A stretch of 64,000 bases of DNA from an uncultured Acidobacteriaceae bacterium. Its GTDB lineage: Bacteria; Acidobacteriota; Terriglobia; Terriglobales; Acidobacteriaceae. The stretch is taken from contig CAWHOU010000049.1 in the NCBI GenBank assembly GCA_963831055.1, positions 51,748 through 115,747 of the forward strand, written 5' to 3'. The position numbers were made by a program, and so were the translations under genes. A model generated the notes under the pieces. That model did no database searches, was not told the DNA's origin, and was given only the letters and a program-made list of their open reading frames with translations. This document shows positions 7,285 through 18,505 of the stretch, in pieces; the stretch's first letter is position 1; each line of letters opens with the position of its first letter.

Positions 7285-8494
7285 TTAGTTGGTTCCGGCT
7301 TCTGCCCGTATGAATTGTTTGCTGAGAGTCAGACCTTGTTTCTGATAGGACGATCCAATGGCCGCGCCATAGACCTTGTCCGGAAGCTGCGCCATGGTGT
7401 GATAAACCAGCTTGCCCACGACTTGTCCGTGCTCGAGGCAGAGTCGGAACTTCATGCGCCCGGACCTCCAGCACCGCTTTGGTGCCGCCAATGCCGTGCC
7501 CAAATCCGGGATCGAAGAAGCCTGCGTAATGGATTCTGAACTCGCCAAACGCCGGATCGTACGCCACCATTTCCGCCGCATGAGTGGGTGGCACCCCAAT
7601 TCTCTCCGACGACCCCAGGATATAGAAGTCGTGAGGAAGTAAGATCAGCCCCTTCGATCGCGGAGCCATAACCGTCTCCCAGAACTCGTCTATCTCGTAG
7701 TAATTGATCTTATCTAAGTCGATGGGCGGCGCATCTATTCTGGCCTTGTAGGCCACAATGGTTGAACTATTGCCCTGCAGATCGACTGAAAAACTCAGCC
7801 CGCGCTTGATGTCTGGCTGCGCGGGGTTGTTTTCATCTTCGTAAACCAGGTTCTCCCTCTCGGCAAGTCTCAGGAGCATCCCATCGCTCGACACCGGATT
7901 ACCGCGAACCAATCGGAGCTGGTTCAGTCTCATCCCCGCCCGCACGATGACCGGAAAGGTGCGCGAGACGACCTCCACATACAGGGCGCCTTTATAGCCC
8001 TTAGGAACGATTTCGAACTCGGTGCCCGCTTCGGTCAGCAGCCGGGTGAATATATCCAGCCTGCCGGTGGTGCTCTTGGGGTTTGCCTTACCGGAAATAT
8101 TCGGTGGAAGCGCCAGGCTCTCTACCAGCGGCACTATGTATACGGAGTTTGGAGGGAAAACCGCTGAGTCTTCTAAACTCACTTCCTTGATCAGAAGATT
8201 CCGAATTTTGCTTTCAACGGTCGAGTTGCCCGGCAGAAAGCTGGCACGGACCTGGTAAGCCACTTTTCCGAGGCGAAGATCGAAGCTCGCCGGCTGGATT
8301 TGTCCGGGAAGCGGAGGCTCCGGAGAGATGATTTTCCCCGAATCAAGAAGGCTGGACAGAATTTGCGACGGCAAAATGCCCGGTGCATTTGGCTCGCCCT
8401 GTTGGGCGAAGAGGCGTTCCTGTGACTTCTCCATCGTGGTCAGCGGCGGAGCGGGCTGGCGCGGAAAGAGAGCTGTTTCTTCTTGTCTGTCCAT
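7285..8494 (-). pseudogene. 2'-deoxycytidine 5'-triphosphate deaminase (long DCD form) with an apparent 1-nt frameshift near 7443-7456
   Basis: Frame A: ...QPASFDLRLG...RIHYAGFFDPGFG...AVLEVRAHEV. The conserved tail FRLCLEHGQVVGKLVYHTM...SSYQKQGLTLSKQF continues in the ORF 7285-7599 frame. Confidence 0.75.
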
Positions 8495-8596
8495 TTTCCT
8501 GCGGGGCACGGTGCCCGGGGAGTACGCGTTAGGGTAGCACCGAAGAATTGTGGAAATGCGGTACACCTGCAAAAGCATTGCGCATCGGGCAACAGC

Positions 8597-10411
<1,815 letters not shown>

Positions 10412-10428
10412 GATGAGGCAGGCAGAAG

Positions 10429-10442
10429 CCAGTAGCCTGTAG
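10429..10442. repeat. Two-unit heptamer remnant in inverted orientation (CCAGTAG CCTGTAG)
   Basis: Reverse complement of CTACAGG CTACTGG. Sits just upstream of the lepA start. Confidence 0.4.
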
Positions 10443-10553
10443 CGGCGGCGGCCACGTTAGCATGCCGGTTCGCTGAGAAAGAAGTTCGCCGGAAGTCTCA
10501 AGTTTACCATCGGCAGCATCGCCTTCCGGGCCATACAATAGAGCATTCGCCTG

Positions 10554-12350
10554 ATGCTTATTGCGTTGAAACCACTTCTCCTCGCAGGCAGCGTTGCTGT
10601 GCTGGCGGCCCTGGCAACCGAAGGGGGAGCTTCGGCCGAGAGCAAGCCTTGGCCCACACAAAACCAGCCGATCCAGCTCCAGGCCCAGACGCAACCCCAG
10701 CCCCAGCTGCAACCCCAGACGCAGCAAGCCCAGACTCAACAAGGCGAAGCTCCCACGCAGACTGCGCCGGAACCGTCGCTGCGCGATCGGCAACTCATCG
10801 ATTCGGTCGAGAAGGCCTACCACTCCGGCCTGACGGATTATCAACAGGGCCACGTGGCCGCGGCGCGCGCCAACTTCGACTACGCCGTCGATCTGCTGCT
10901 CAAATGTAACTGCGATCTGCGCGGCGACCAGGCGCTCTCGGAGGAGTTCGACCGCATCGTCGATGCTGTCAATACGCTGGAGATGGACGCCCTGCGCCAG
11001 GGCAATGGCCCAGCGCCGCAGGCAGAGCCCTCCCCTGTCGATGTGGCGGGAAATATCACGACGCCCGCGAATCCTAACGTGGCGGCCAAGGCCGAGGCCG
11101 AACTGAAGGTGACCCAGTCAGACCTGCCGCTGGTCATGAACGAGTACGTCGCGAGCTACATCGAATTTTTCCAGAACAGCCCGCGCGGTCGGGGAACGAT
11201 CGTCGCGTCGCTCGAGCGCATGGGGCGGTATAAGGACATGATCCAGCGGGTGCTGCGCGAAGAAGGCGTGCCGCAGGACTTGATCTACCAGGCCTTTGCC
11301 GAGTCCGGGTTCCGTCCGCAGGCGGTGAATCCCAAGTCGGGCGCGGCGGGCATGTGGCAGTTCATGCCGTGGGGCACCTATGGCCTCGATCACACCGCCT
11401 GGTACGACGAGCGCTTCGATCCGGAAAAGGCGACCCACGCCTACGCCCGCGAGATTAAGAAGATGTACGACCAGCTGGGTGACTGGTACCTTGCCATGGC
11501 CGCTTACGACTGGGGTCCGGGCAATATCCAAAAAGCGGTGCAGCGCACCGGTTATGCGGATTTCTGGGAGCTCTACCGCCGCAACAACCTGCCGCAGGAG
11601 ACGAAGAATTACGTCCCCGTATTTCTTGCCGTGACGCTGATGGCCAAAAATCCCAGGCAGTATGGGCTGGACGAAATCACCCCCGATCCGCCGTTGATCA
11701 TCGATACGGTGAAGACCGATTACGCCGTCGATCTCCGCCTGGTCTCCGATATCGTGGGCACGCCGGTCCAGGAGATCGAGGCCCTCAACCCCAGTCTGCT
11801 GCGCATGAGCACGCCTCCCGACGAGTCGTTCGATCTGCATCTGCCCGCGGGAACCGGAGACGTTTTCACGAAGGATATCGCGGAGATTCCAATCGAGAAA
11901 CGACGCTATTGGCGCTTTCACACAGTCCAGGATTCCGACACGCTCGCCGGTCTGGCGAAGACCTGGCATGTGTCGGAGTCGGAGCTGGCGTTCGTGAATC
12001 AGTTGAAGCCTGGATCGGATCTCTCCGGCGTCGACTCCCTGGTGATTCCCACCGCGCCTGTGACCGAAGGCGTATTGCGCAGCACCCTCTACAAGCCGCG
12101 GCGCGGCGACACGCTGGTGACCATTGCCGACCGCTTCGGCGTCACCGTGCAGCAGCTGCGTCGCTGGAACAACCTGCGCGGAACCGCCATTCCGCTGGGG
12201 CGCAGCTTATATGTATCGGAGCCGGCGCGCATTTCGGGACTACGTTACGGTAAAAAGCGCCTCAGGTCGGCCAGGCCGACGGGGAAGGCAGTTGCGAAAA
12301 CCGCAAACGGCGGACACGCAGCCCACGCGACGAAGAAAAACCCGACGTAA
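10554..12350 (+). CDS. Lytic murein transglycosylase (SLT domain) with LysM repeats, MltD-like
   Basis: Signal peptide, Q/P-rich linker, AESGFRPQAVNPKSGAAGMWQFMP. At least two LysM-like segments (HTVQDSDTLAGLAKTWHV; YKPRRGDTLVTIADRFGV). Confidence 0.9.
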   Translation: MLIALKPLLLAGSVAVLAALATEGGASAESKPWPTQNQPIQLQAQTQPQPQLQPQTQQAQTQQGEAPTQTAPEPSLRDRQLIDSVEKAYHSGLTDYQQGHVAAARANFDYAVDLLLKCNCDLRGDQALSEEFDRIVDAVNTLEMDALRQGNGPAPQAEPSPVDVAGNITTPANPNVAAKAEAELKVTQSDLPLVMNEYVASYIEFFQNSPRGRGTIVASLERMGRYKDMIQRVLREEGVPQDLIYQAFAESGFRPQAVNPKSGAAGMWQFMPWGTYGLDHTAWYDERFDPEKATHAYAREIKKMYDQLGDWYLAMAAYDWGPGNIQKAVQRTGYADFWELYRRNNLPQETKNYVPVFLAVTLMAKNPRQYGLDEITPDPPLIIDTVKTDYAVDLRLVSDIVGTPVQEIEALNPSLLRMSTPPDESFDLHLPAGTGDVFTKDIAEIPIEKRRYWRFHTVQDSDTLAGLAKTWHVSESELAFVNQLKPGSDLSGVDSLVIPTAPVTEGVLRSTLYKPRRGDTLVTIADRFGVTVQQLRRWNNLRGTAIPLGRSLYVSEPARISGLRYGKKRLRSARPTGKAVAKTANGGHAAHATKKNPT

Positions 12351-12432
12351 GATTCGGCCTTGCTCACAGCAAGAAATCTCACAGGTCGAGTCCGGACCCG
12401 TACACTCGTAGAACTGTTCTGAGGAAACGCGA

Positions 12433-13899
12433 ATGTCCTCTCTATATGCGATCGTGCTGGGCGCGATTGTCCTGAGCCTGCTTGCGGTCTCGCTTACGCA
12501 GCTGCGTGGCGTCAAAACCAGGGCAGACTATCTGGTGGCCGGGCGCTCCCTGCCCGCCTTCGTTCTGATCTTCACCCTGCTCTCTTCATGGATCGGATCG
12601 GGCTCGCTGCTCGGTGGCGCGGAGAATGCCTACAAGCACGGCTTCGCGGCCCTGTGGCAGGCGGGTGGCGGATGGGCTGGCCTCCTGCTGATCTACTTCA
12701 TCGCGCCGCGCGCCCGCCACTTTGCGAAGTTCACGATTCCCGATCTGCTCGAGGCACGCTACAGCCAGACGGCGCGCGTTCTCGGCGTCATTGCCATTCT
12801 GTTTGCGTATACCGCCATCGCCAGCTATCAGCTCATCGGCGGCGGAGACATCCTGCACCTCGTCTTCCCGGCGGTGATCTCGCCGGAGCTTGGCCGCTAC
12901 ATCATGGCGGCGTTCGTGATCGTCTTCACCGCCATCGCGGGTATGGCCTCGGTCGCTTACATGGACGTCGTGATCGGGATGCTCGCGACCGCAACGATGA
13001 TCGTCGCTTTGCCGTTTCTCATCCATGCGGCCGGCGGTTGGGGCACCGTGACCCACACGCTGCCGGCGACGCATTTTGAAGTGCTCGGCGACTTGTCGTT
13101 CTCGCAGGCGATGGAGCTCATGGTTCCGACCATGCTGCTGATGCTCGGCAATCAGGCCATGTACCAGAAGTTCTTCTCCGCGAAATCGGAAAACGATGCT
13201 CGGGTAGCGGTGGTGGGCTGGATCATCGGCACGGTCATTCTTGAAACCGTGATCGTGGCCATCGCCGTGGTCGGATCGGTGCTCTTTCCGAGCGGCGAAG
13301 TATCGCAACATCCGCGCGAAATCATCGCGTACTCGGCCATGCACGGACTGCCGGCGCTGCTGGGCGCTCTGCTCATGGGCGCCGTCTTCGCGAAGATCAT
13401 GTCCACGGCGAACAATTTTCTGTTTTCTCCCGCGACCAACCTGATTAACGATGTGTTCGCCCGTTACATTGCGCCCAACGCATCGAACAAGCGCGTGCTG
13501 CTCGTCTCGCGGTTGGTGGTGGTGTTGCTGGGAATTTGGGCGTTGTTCCAGGCCATGGGCACCGAATCCGTGCTCAAGAAGGCGATCTACGCCTACACAA
13601 TCTACGCGGCCGCGCTCACTCCGGTGATCCTGGCGGCGTTTTATTCGAAACGCGCGAATGCCGCGGGAGCTGCGACCGCAATCGCCGCGGGTACGTTCAT
13701 CACCGTGTTCTGGGACACGGCGTTCGTGCGGACCCATTTGCCCGCCTATGCATCCGATTCGGACTTTGCGATCTTCCCCGCTTTGGCTCTGTCGGTCCTC
13801 GGACTGGTGTTGGTCAGCGCCCTCACACGCCCGCCGAGCGCTGAGCAGGTGGCGCTGTTTCACAGCTCCAGGGCCGAGCCAGCGGAAAGTACAGAATAG
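12433..13899 (+). CDS. Sodium:solute symporter family transporter
   Basis: About 13 TM segments. DYLVAGRSLP and GSGSLLGGAENAYKHG motifs. Confidence 0.9.
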   Translation: MSSLYAIVLGAIVLSLLAVSLTQLRGVKTRADYLVAGRSLPAFVLIFTLLSSWIGSGSLLGGAENAYKHGFAALWQAGGGWAGLLLIYFIAPRARHFAKFTIPDLLEARYSQTARVLGVIAILFAYTAIASYQLIGGGDILHLVFPAVISPELGRYIMAAFVIVFTAIAGMASVAYMDVVIGMLATATMIVALPFLIHAAGGWGTVTHTLPATHFEVLGDLSFSQAMELMVPTMLLMLGNQAMYQKFFSAKSENDARVAVVGWIIGTVILETVIVAIAVVGSVLFPSGEVSQHPREIIAYSAMHGLPALLGALLMGAVFAKIMSTANNFLFSPATNLINDVFARYIAPNASNKRVLLVSRLVVVLLGIWALFQAMGTESVLKKAIYAYTIYAAALTPVILAAFYSKRANAAGAATAIAAGTFITVFWDTAFVRTHLPAYASDSDFAIFPALALSVLGLVLVSALTRPPSAEQVALFHSSRAEPAESTE

Positions 13900-13991
13900 A
13901 AGTCGATCAGGATCGTCCCACTGTTACCGGCAGTGTCCCGTAATAGAACAATTCATGTTCAGCCGAGACAAGCCGATTTGCTAAACTAAGA

Positions 13992-14020
13992 CTGCCGGGA
14001 GGCTGCATCCCTTCCGGCAG
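13992..14020 (-). terminator. 11-bp stem-loop just downstream of the small minus-strand ORF (and of the SSS gene)
   Basis: ctgccgggagg (13992-14002) / ccttccggcag (14010-14020), one G-U pair. On the minus strand it is followed by TCTTAGTTTAG. Confidence 0.4.
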
Positions 14021-14026
14021 GTTGTG

Positions 14027-14131
14027 CTACCTGCACAGTAGCGCGAGTACCAGGACGACGATCACCACCAACAGCCGCCAGTCAATGGCAACCGAGATGG
14101 CGATGCGGGTCCAGGACAATTTCTTGTCCAT
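14027..14131 (-). CDS. 34-aa single-TM small protein (MDKKLSWTRIAISVAIDWRLLVVIVVLVLALLCR)
   Basis: Near-perfect SD AAGGAGGTGA (rc of 14137-14146) 5 nt before the ATG. Hydrophobic C-terminal helix. Hairpins on both sides. Confidence 0.45.
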   Translation of the reverse strand: MDKKLSWTRIAISVAIDWRLLVVIVVLVLALLCR

Positions 14132-14153
14132 CGGCCTCACCTCCTTGCATCGG

Positions 14154-14191
14154 AACGGCTCGCGGACCGTTAGCGCGGTTCGCGAGCCGTT
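14154..14191 (-). promoter_or_regulatory. Long perfect hairpin in the leader of the 34-aa ORF
   Basis: aacggctcgcg / cgcgagccgtt (11 bp) plus an inner accg/cggt pair. On the minus strand it ends 7 nt upstream of the SD. Confidence 0.4.
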
Positions 14192-14284
14192 GGCCCAATC
14201 TTCCGGACCAATCTTCGCGTTGCCGCTTTGCACTTCGCAGGGACGCTAAGTCCAGAGTATGTGCCGCGCGAACCGGGCGACAGA

Positions 14285-14550
14285 TTACCGAGGGTTGATT
14301 CCGCGGACTTGAGGGTCGCGATCGTGCTCTGTCGATGCAGCGGAACCAGCCTCTGGACCTCGGATCAGCTCCAGCCCTTCTTCCTTCGTCCGAATCCGCC
14401 CTTCCAGCTGCGCGTCTTCCGCCAGCGCCAGCATTTCCTTGAAGCGGTCCCGGCTTATAGCCTGCCTCAATCCGATCTCCCCCGGTCACCAGCAGCGCAT
14501 GCCGCACCTCGCCGGGCAGCTCTCACCTCTCCCACTTCGCGAATTTCCAT
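14285..14550 (-). pseudogene. Possible degraded small antitoxin-like gene (AbrB/SpoVT- or Phd-like), readable only across three frames
   Basis: MEIREVGEVR / ELPGEVRHALLVTGGDRIEAG / ISRDRFKEMLALAEDAQLEGRIRTKEEGLELIRG lie in successive +1 frames. One junction is at a G5 run (14479-14483). Confidence 0.2.
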
Positions 14551-14693
14551 AGCGAGCGACCGAAGTGGCTGTACAGGCAGATTTCCCGACTTTTCCCACA
14601 CGTTACTTTCGCCATCTGTCCACACACTTCCCCACCCGAGTAAAATTCAGAGGAAGACGCTTTGCGTACATAAACGAGCGCAGGAGAGAAACC

Positions 14694-15701
14694 ATGTCCA
14701 TCAATATGACCCCCGGAAAACTGGCCGGACTGAAAGCCGTATCCGACAAGCGCGGCGTGATCGCTGCCGCTGCCATGGACCAGCGCGGTTCGCTGAAGAA
14801 GTCCCTCGCCAAAGAAAAAGGAGTCGCCGACGTTCCCGACTCCGCCCTCGAAGAATTCAAAACCCTCGTCACCGAAATTCTGACCAAACACGCATCGGCC
14901 ATCCTCCTCGATCCCGAGTTCGGCCTGCCCGCCTCAAAACACCGTAACGGCAAAGGCCTGCTCCTCGCCTATGAAAAGACCGGCTACGACGCCGCCCTTC
15001 CCGGCCGCCTCCCCGATCTGCTCGACCTGTGGAGCGTTCGCCGCCTCAAGGAAGCCGGCGCCGACTGCATCAAGATCCTCCTGTACTACACGCCGTACGA
15101 GAAATCCGAAATCAACGACCACAAGCAGGCCTGGGTCGAGCGCATCGCCGATGAATGCATCGCCCACGACATCCCCTTCTTCCTCGAGCTCGTCGGCTAC
15201 GCCGTGCATGGCGAAGACGAGAAGAGCCTCGCCTACGCGAAGCGCAAACCCGACGTCGTCACCGGCTCGATGGAGGAGTTCGGCAAGGCGCGCTACGGCG
15301 TCGACGTCCTCAAAGTCGAAGTCCCCATTCAGATGGAGTACGTCGCCGGCACCCGCGCCTTCAAGGGCGAGCAGGCCTACACCCGCAGAGAAGCGCTCGA
15401 GCACTTCCGCGTCGCCGCTTCCTCCACGCACAAGCCCTTCATCTATCTCTCGGCCGGCGTCTCGAACCCGGTCTTTATCGAAACCCTCGAGCTGGCGGGC
15501 GAATCCGGAGCCCCCTTCAACGGAGTCCTCTGCGGCCGCGCCACCTGGAAAGACGGTATCGCCGTCTATGCCAAACAGGGCGCGAAAGCCTTCGAAGAAT
15601 GGCTCAACACCAAGGGTGTAGAGAACATCGAGAACGTCAACAAGGCCCTCAAGGCCGCCCACTCCTGGTACGACAAAGTCAACGTGCCAGCCCTGGTATA
15701 A
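14694..15701 (+). CDS. Tagatose-1,6-bisphosphate aldolase family protein (class I, LacD-like)
   Basis: GGAG upstream of ATG 14694. MSINMTPGKLAGLKAVSDKRGVIAAAAMDQRGSLKK... typical of the LacD family. 335 aa. Confidence 0.8.
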   Translation: MSINMTPGKLAGLKAVSDKRGVIAAAAMDQRGSLKKSLAKEKGVADVPDSALEEFKTLVTEILTKHASAILLDPEFGLPASKHRNGKGLLLAYEKTGYDAALPGRLPDLLDLWSVRRLKEAGADCIKILLYYTPYEKSEINDHKQAWVERIADECIAHDIPFFLELVGYAVHGEDEKSLAYAKRKPDVVTGSMEEFGKARYGVDVLKVEVPIQMEYVAGTRAFKGEQAYTRREALEHFRVAASSTHKPFIYLSAGVSNPVFIETLELAGESGAPFNGVLCGRATWKDGIAVYAKQGAKAFEEWLNTKGVENIENVNKALKAAHSWYDKVNVPALV

Positions 15702-15723
15702 GCATTTTCTTTAAGAAAAACAG

Positions 15724-15757
15724 ACGCCGGAGGCAGTTGCTCCGGCGTTCTCTTTTT
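15724..15757 (+). terminator. Rho-independent terminator of the aldolase gene
   Basis: acgccggag-gcagttg-ctccggcgt followed by tctcttttt. Confidence 0.75.
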
Positions 15758-15837
15758 GACACGACGGATCACGAAGGGTCTGCCAACCGCCCCTCCGCTG
15801 CGCGCTTCCAACCGCAGGCGTCATAATCGACAATCCC

Positions 15838-16332
15838 GTGAAACCCTCGCAAAACACACTCATCCGCCTGGTCGCGCTCTTCAAGCTCCTGAAAGCCACC
15901 CTGCTCATCGTCGGCGGCGTCGGCCTCCTCAGGCTCATGCACATGGATGTGCTGACCGAGCTCGACCACTGGATCGTGAGGCTCGGCCTCGATCCGGGTA
16001 GCCGCTATGTCAGTCTTGTCATTCAGAAGGCCACCAATCTCTCTCCCCACAAAATCAGGGATCTCGGACTTGTCAGCTTCATCTACGCAGCTCTGTTCCT
16101 CACCGAAGGCATCGGTCTGTGGCTCCTCAAACGCTGGGCCGAGTGGCTCACCGTCGTCATCACTTCATCCCTCGTGCCCCTTGAGTTATATGAGATCCAC
16201 CGGCATCCAACCCCGATCAAAATCACTGTCCTCGCGATCAATATCGCCATCGTGGCTTACCTGCTCTACCGAATCGCCAAAGAGCCGCGCCATCGTCAGC
16301 AGGGAAAAGCTCACCGAGCGACGCACGCCTGA
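15838..16332 (+). CDS. DUF2127 family membrane protein (GTG start)
   Basis: LVALFKLLKATLLIVGGVGLL...GLWLLKRWAEWLTVVITSSLVPLELYEI pattern. Confidence 0.8.
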   Translation: MKPSQNTLIRLVALFKLLKATLLIVGGVGLLRLMHMDVLTELDHWIVRLGLDPGSRYVSLVIQKATNLSPHKIRDLGLVSFIYAALFLTEGIGLWLLKRWAEWLTVVITSSLVPLELYEIHRHPTPIKITVLAINIAIVAYLLYRIAKEPRHRQQGKAHRATHA

Positions 16333-16345
16333 GCTCAACCACAGT

Positions 16346-17962
16346 TCATCCTCCAGGATGAAACACTCTCTGTTGGCTCACAGCCTGCCCATCTCCCTGC
16401 TTCAGGCTGCGGAAGACAATCGTCGAGAAAATGGTCAGCAACCCCAGAGCCACCAGCGCCTTGTGCACCCCATGGATCATTTCAGCCGCATTCGACTGGC
16501 CATGGCTGGGTACAAAGAAGGCAGTCGCCAGCCCCGCCGTCGCCACGCCGAAGCTGATGGCCATCTGCTGCATCGTGCTCGCAATCGAGCTCGCGGCGCT
16601 CGACTCTTCGTCCGTCGTATCGGCATAAACCAGCGTATTCATGCTCGTGTACTGCAGTGAAGTAAACGCCCCATACAGGAATGCCTGCAGCACGATCATC
16701 CACACCGGCGTGTGCAACCCGATGGTCGCGAACAGAAGAAGCAGCAACCCCAGCACAACGGTATTCGAGACCAGTACCCACCGGTAGCCCACAGCACCCA
16801 ACAGCCGAGGCATGACCGCCTTCATGCTCATCGCGGCCACAGCCTGCGGCATGATCAGCAGTCCCGACTCGACAGGAGTGAAGCCCAGTCCCACCTGGTA
16901 GAGCAGAGGCAGCAGGAACGGAACGCCGCCGATGCCCAGGCGTGTGAAGAAACTGCCGCTAACCGCCGCACGGAAGGTCCGAATCTTGAAGAGGCCCAGC
17001 TCGAGCAGCGGAAAAGCAAACGTCTTCGCATGAATCCAGTAGCCCGCCAGCAGTGCGAGTGACACCACCAGAAGGCCGGAAATCTCGCCCGCGCCCAGCG
17101 TGTGCTCACCGAAAACCTCCAGCACATACGAGAGCAGTGCGATGCCGGATCCGAACAGTATTAGCCCCACCACATCCGGAGGATGAGTCTCCTCGCGATA
17201 GTCGGGCAGATGCAGATACACCATAATCAGGCCGACGAGCCCAATAGGAATATTCAGGAAGAAGATCACCCGCCAGTGAAAATAAGCGACCACCAGGCCG
17301 CCCGCGATCGGTCCCAGCATCGGGGCAACCAGCGACGGGATCGAAACAAAGCTCATGGCGCGCAGCAACTCGGACTTGGCGAACGTCCGCACCAGCGTCA
17401 GCCGCCCCACGGGCACCATCATCGAGCCGCCGCAGCCCTGCAGAATACGGCAGGCCACCAGCAGATGGATGTTGCTCGATATCCCGCACAGAAACGATCC
17501 CAGCGTGAACAGTCCGATCGCGGCGGCAAATACCCGCCGCGTCCCAAACCGATCCGCCACCCAGCCGCTGATCGGAATAAACACAGCGAGGCTCAATGTA
17601 TAGCTGGCCAGCACCGCCTTCATGCTCAGCGGACCAACATGCAGCGCCGCGGAGATGGCCGGCACTGCGGTGTTCAGTATGGTCGTGTCCAGCGACTCCA
17701 TGAAGAACGCCACCGCCACCAGCCATGGCAGCAACCGCTTGCTGACCTCCGGCGGAGCAAGCGATGAAACGCGAGGCCCGCTCCCTGCAGCGCCACTCGT
17801 TACACCGCCAACCGGTTCAGACCCTCCCGGGCCAGGCCCGTTCGGCGCAGACCCGCCCACTCCAGACCCCTTCGGTCCAGTGCCGCTCGGTCCGGTGTCT
17901 CTGGGTCCAGCCCCGCTCAGTGAATTCGTTCGATCCATAGGCGCCGGCGCAAAGTCTCTCAC
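16346..17962 (-). CDS. MFS transporter, DHA2 (EmrB/QacA-like, about 14 TM) with a G/P/S-rich N-terminal extension
   Basis: FMESLDTTILNTAVP, GWVADRFGTRRV. 538 aa. Confidence 0.9.
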   Translation of the reverse strand: MRDFAPAPMDRTNSLSGAGPRDTGPSGTGPKGSGVGGSAPNGPGPGGSEPVGGVTSGAAGSGPRVSSLAPPEVSKRLLPWLVAVAFFMESLDTTILNTAVPAISAALHVGPLSMKAVLASYTLSLAVFIPISGWVADRFGTRRVFAAAIGLFTLGSFLCGISSNIHLLVACRILQGCGGSMMVPVGRLTLVRTFAKSELLRAMSFVSIPSLVAPMLGPIAGGLVVAYFHWRVIFFLNIPIGLVGLIMVYLHLPDYREETHPPDVVGLILFGSGIALLSYVLEVFGEHTLGAGEISGLLVVSLALLAGYWIHAKTFAFPLLELGLFKIRTFRAAVSGSFFTRLGIGGVPFLLPLLYQVGLGFTPVESGLLIMPQAVAAMSMKAVMPRLLGAVGYRWVLVSNTVVLGLLLLLFATIGLHTPVWMIVLQAFLYGAFTSLQYTSMNTLVYADTTDEESSAASSIASTMQQMAISFGVATAGLATAFFVPSHGQSNAAEMIHGVHKALVALGLLTIFSTIVFRSLKQGDGQAVSQQRVFHPGG

Positions 17963-18074
17963 GTCACTCTATCTGACGCCATCCGTGACGTTGGAGCTAA
18001 AGCGCAATCGGGAATCCGGCTTCGTGCCAGGGCAACGACCTTAATCGTGCCGGAATACCGCCCACAAAATACAA

Positions 18075-18120
18075 ATGTCATCCTGAACGAAGCGCCGCCA
18101 TGGAACCACGGACTCCGCCA
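18075..18120. repeat. Partial copy C of the ATGTCATCCTGA(G/A)CG element
   Basis: atgtcatcctgaacgaagcg matches the left flank of copies A and B. The right half has diverged. Confidence 0.35.
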
Positions 18121-18180
18121 CCAGCTCCCCATTTATGAATTGCCTGCAGTCCAGGCAGGTCGTTGTAAACTGGACTCAGC

Positions 18181-18465
18181 ATGGCTCGCCCTGTAAGGAT
18201 CACGACCCCCGTCCCCACCCTGGACGAGTTTGGGCGGAAGCTTGGCCTCAGCAAGGCGAGGCGTAGATCCCTCGCTCTCATATTGATTGAGCGGCGTCCC
18301 CAGGGGGGCTACGCGGTGACGAGAAGGGGAACCGAAAAGGCCATCGAAGTCTTTCCAACCCAGAGAGAAGCCGTCGAGAGAGCGCGTGAGGCGAGTCCCA
18401 ACGGAACGATCCTTGTCGAACGCGTACGTACAAACGGGACCAGCGACAAATGGCGCAGGGCCTAA
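18181..18465 (+). CDS. DUF2188-like small protein with N-terminal extension
   Basis: GGYAVTRRGTEKAIEVFPTQREAVERAREASPNGTILVERVRTNG fits the DUF2188 pattern (W/YaV...s..f.Tq.eAi..Ar). No clear SD. Confidence 0.5.
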   Translation: MARPVRITTPVPTLDEFGRKLGLSKARRRSLALILIERRPQGGYAVTRRGTEKAIEVFPTQREAVERAREASPNGTILVERVRTNGTSDKWRRA

Positions 18466-18505
18466 CCCTCGCTGCGAGGGCCTGTGATCGCAGGCAGGAG
18501 CTACC

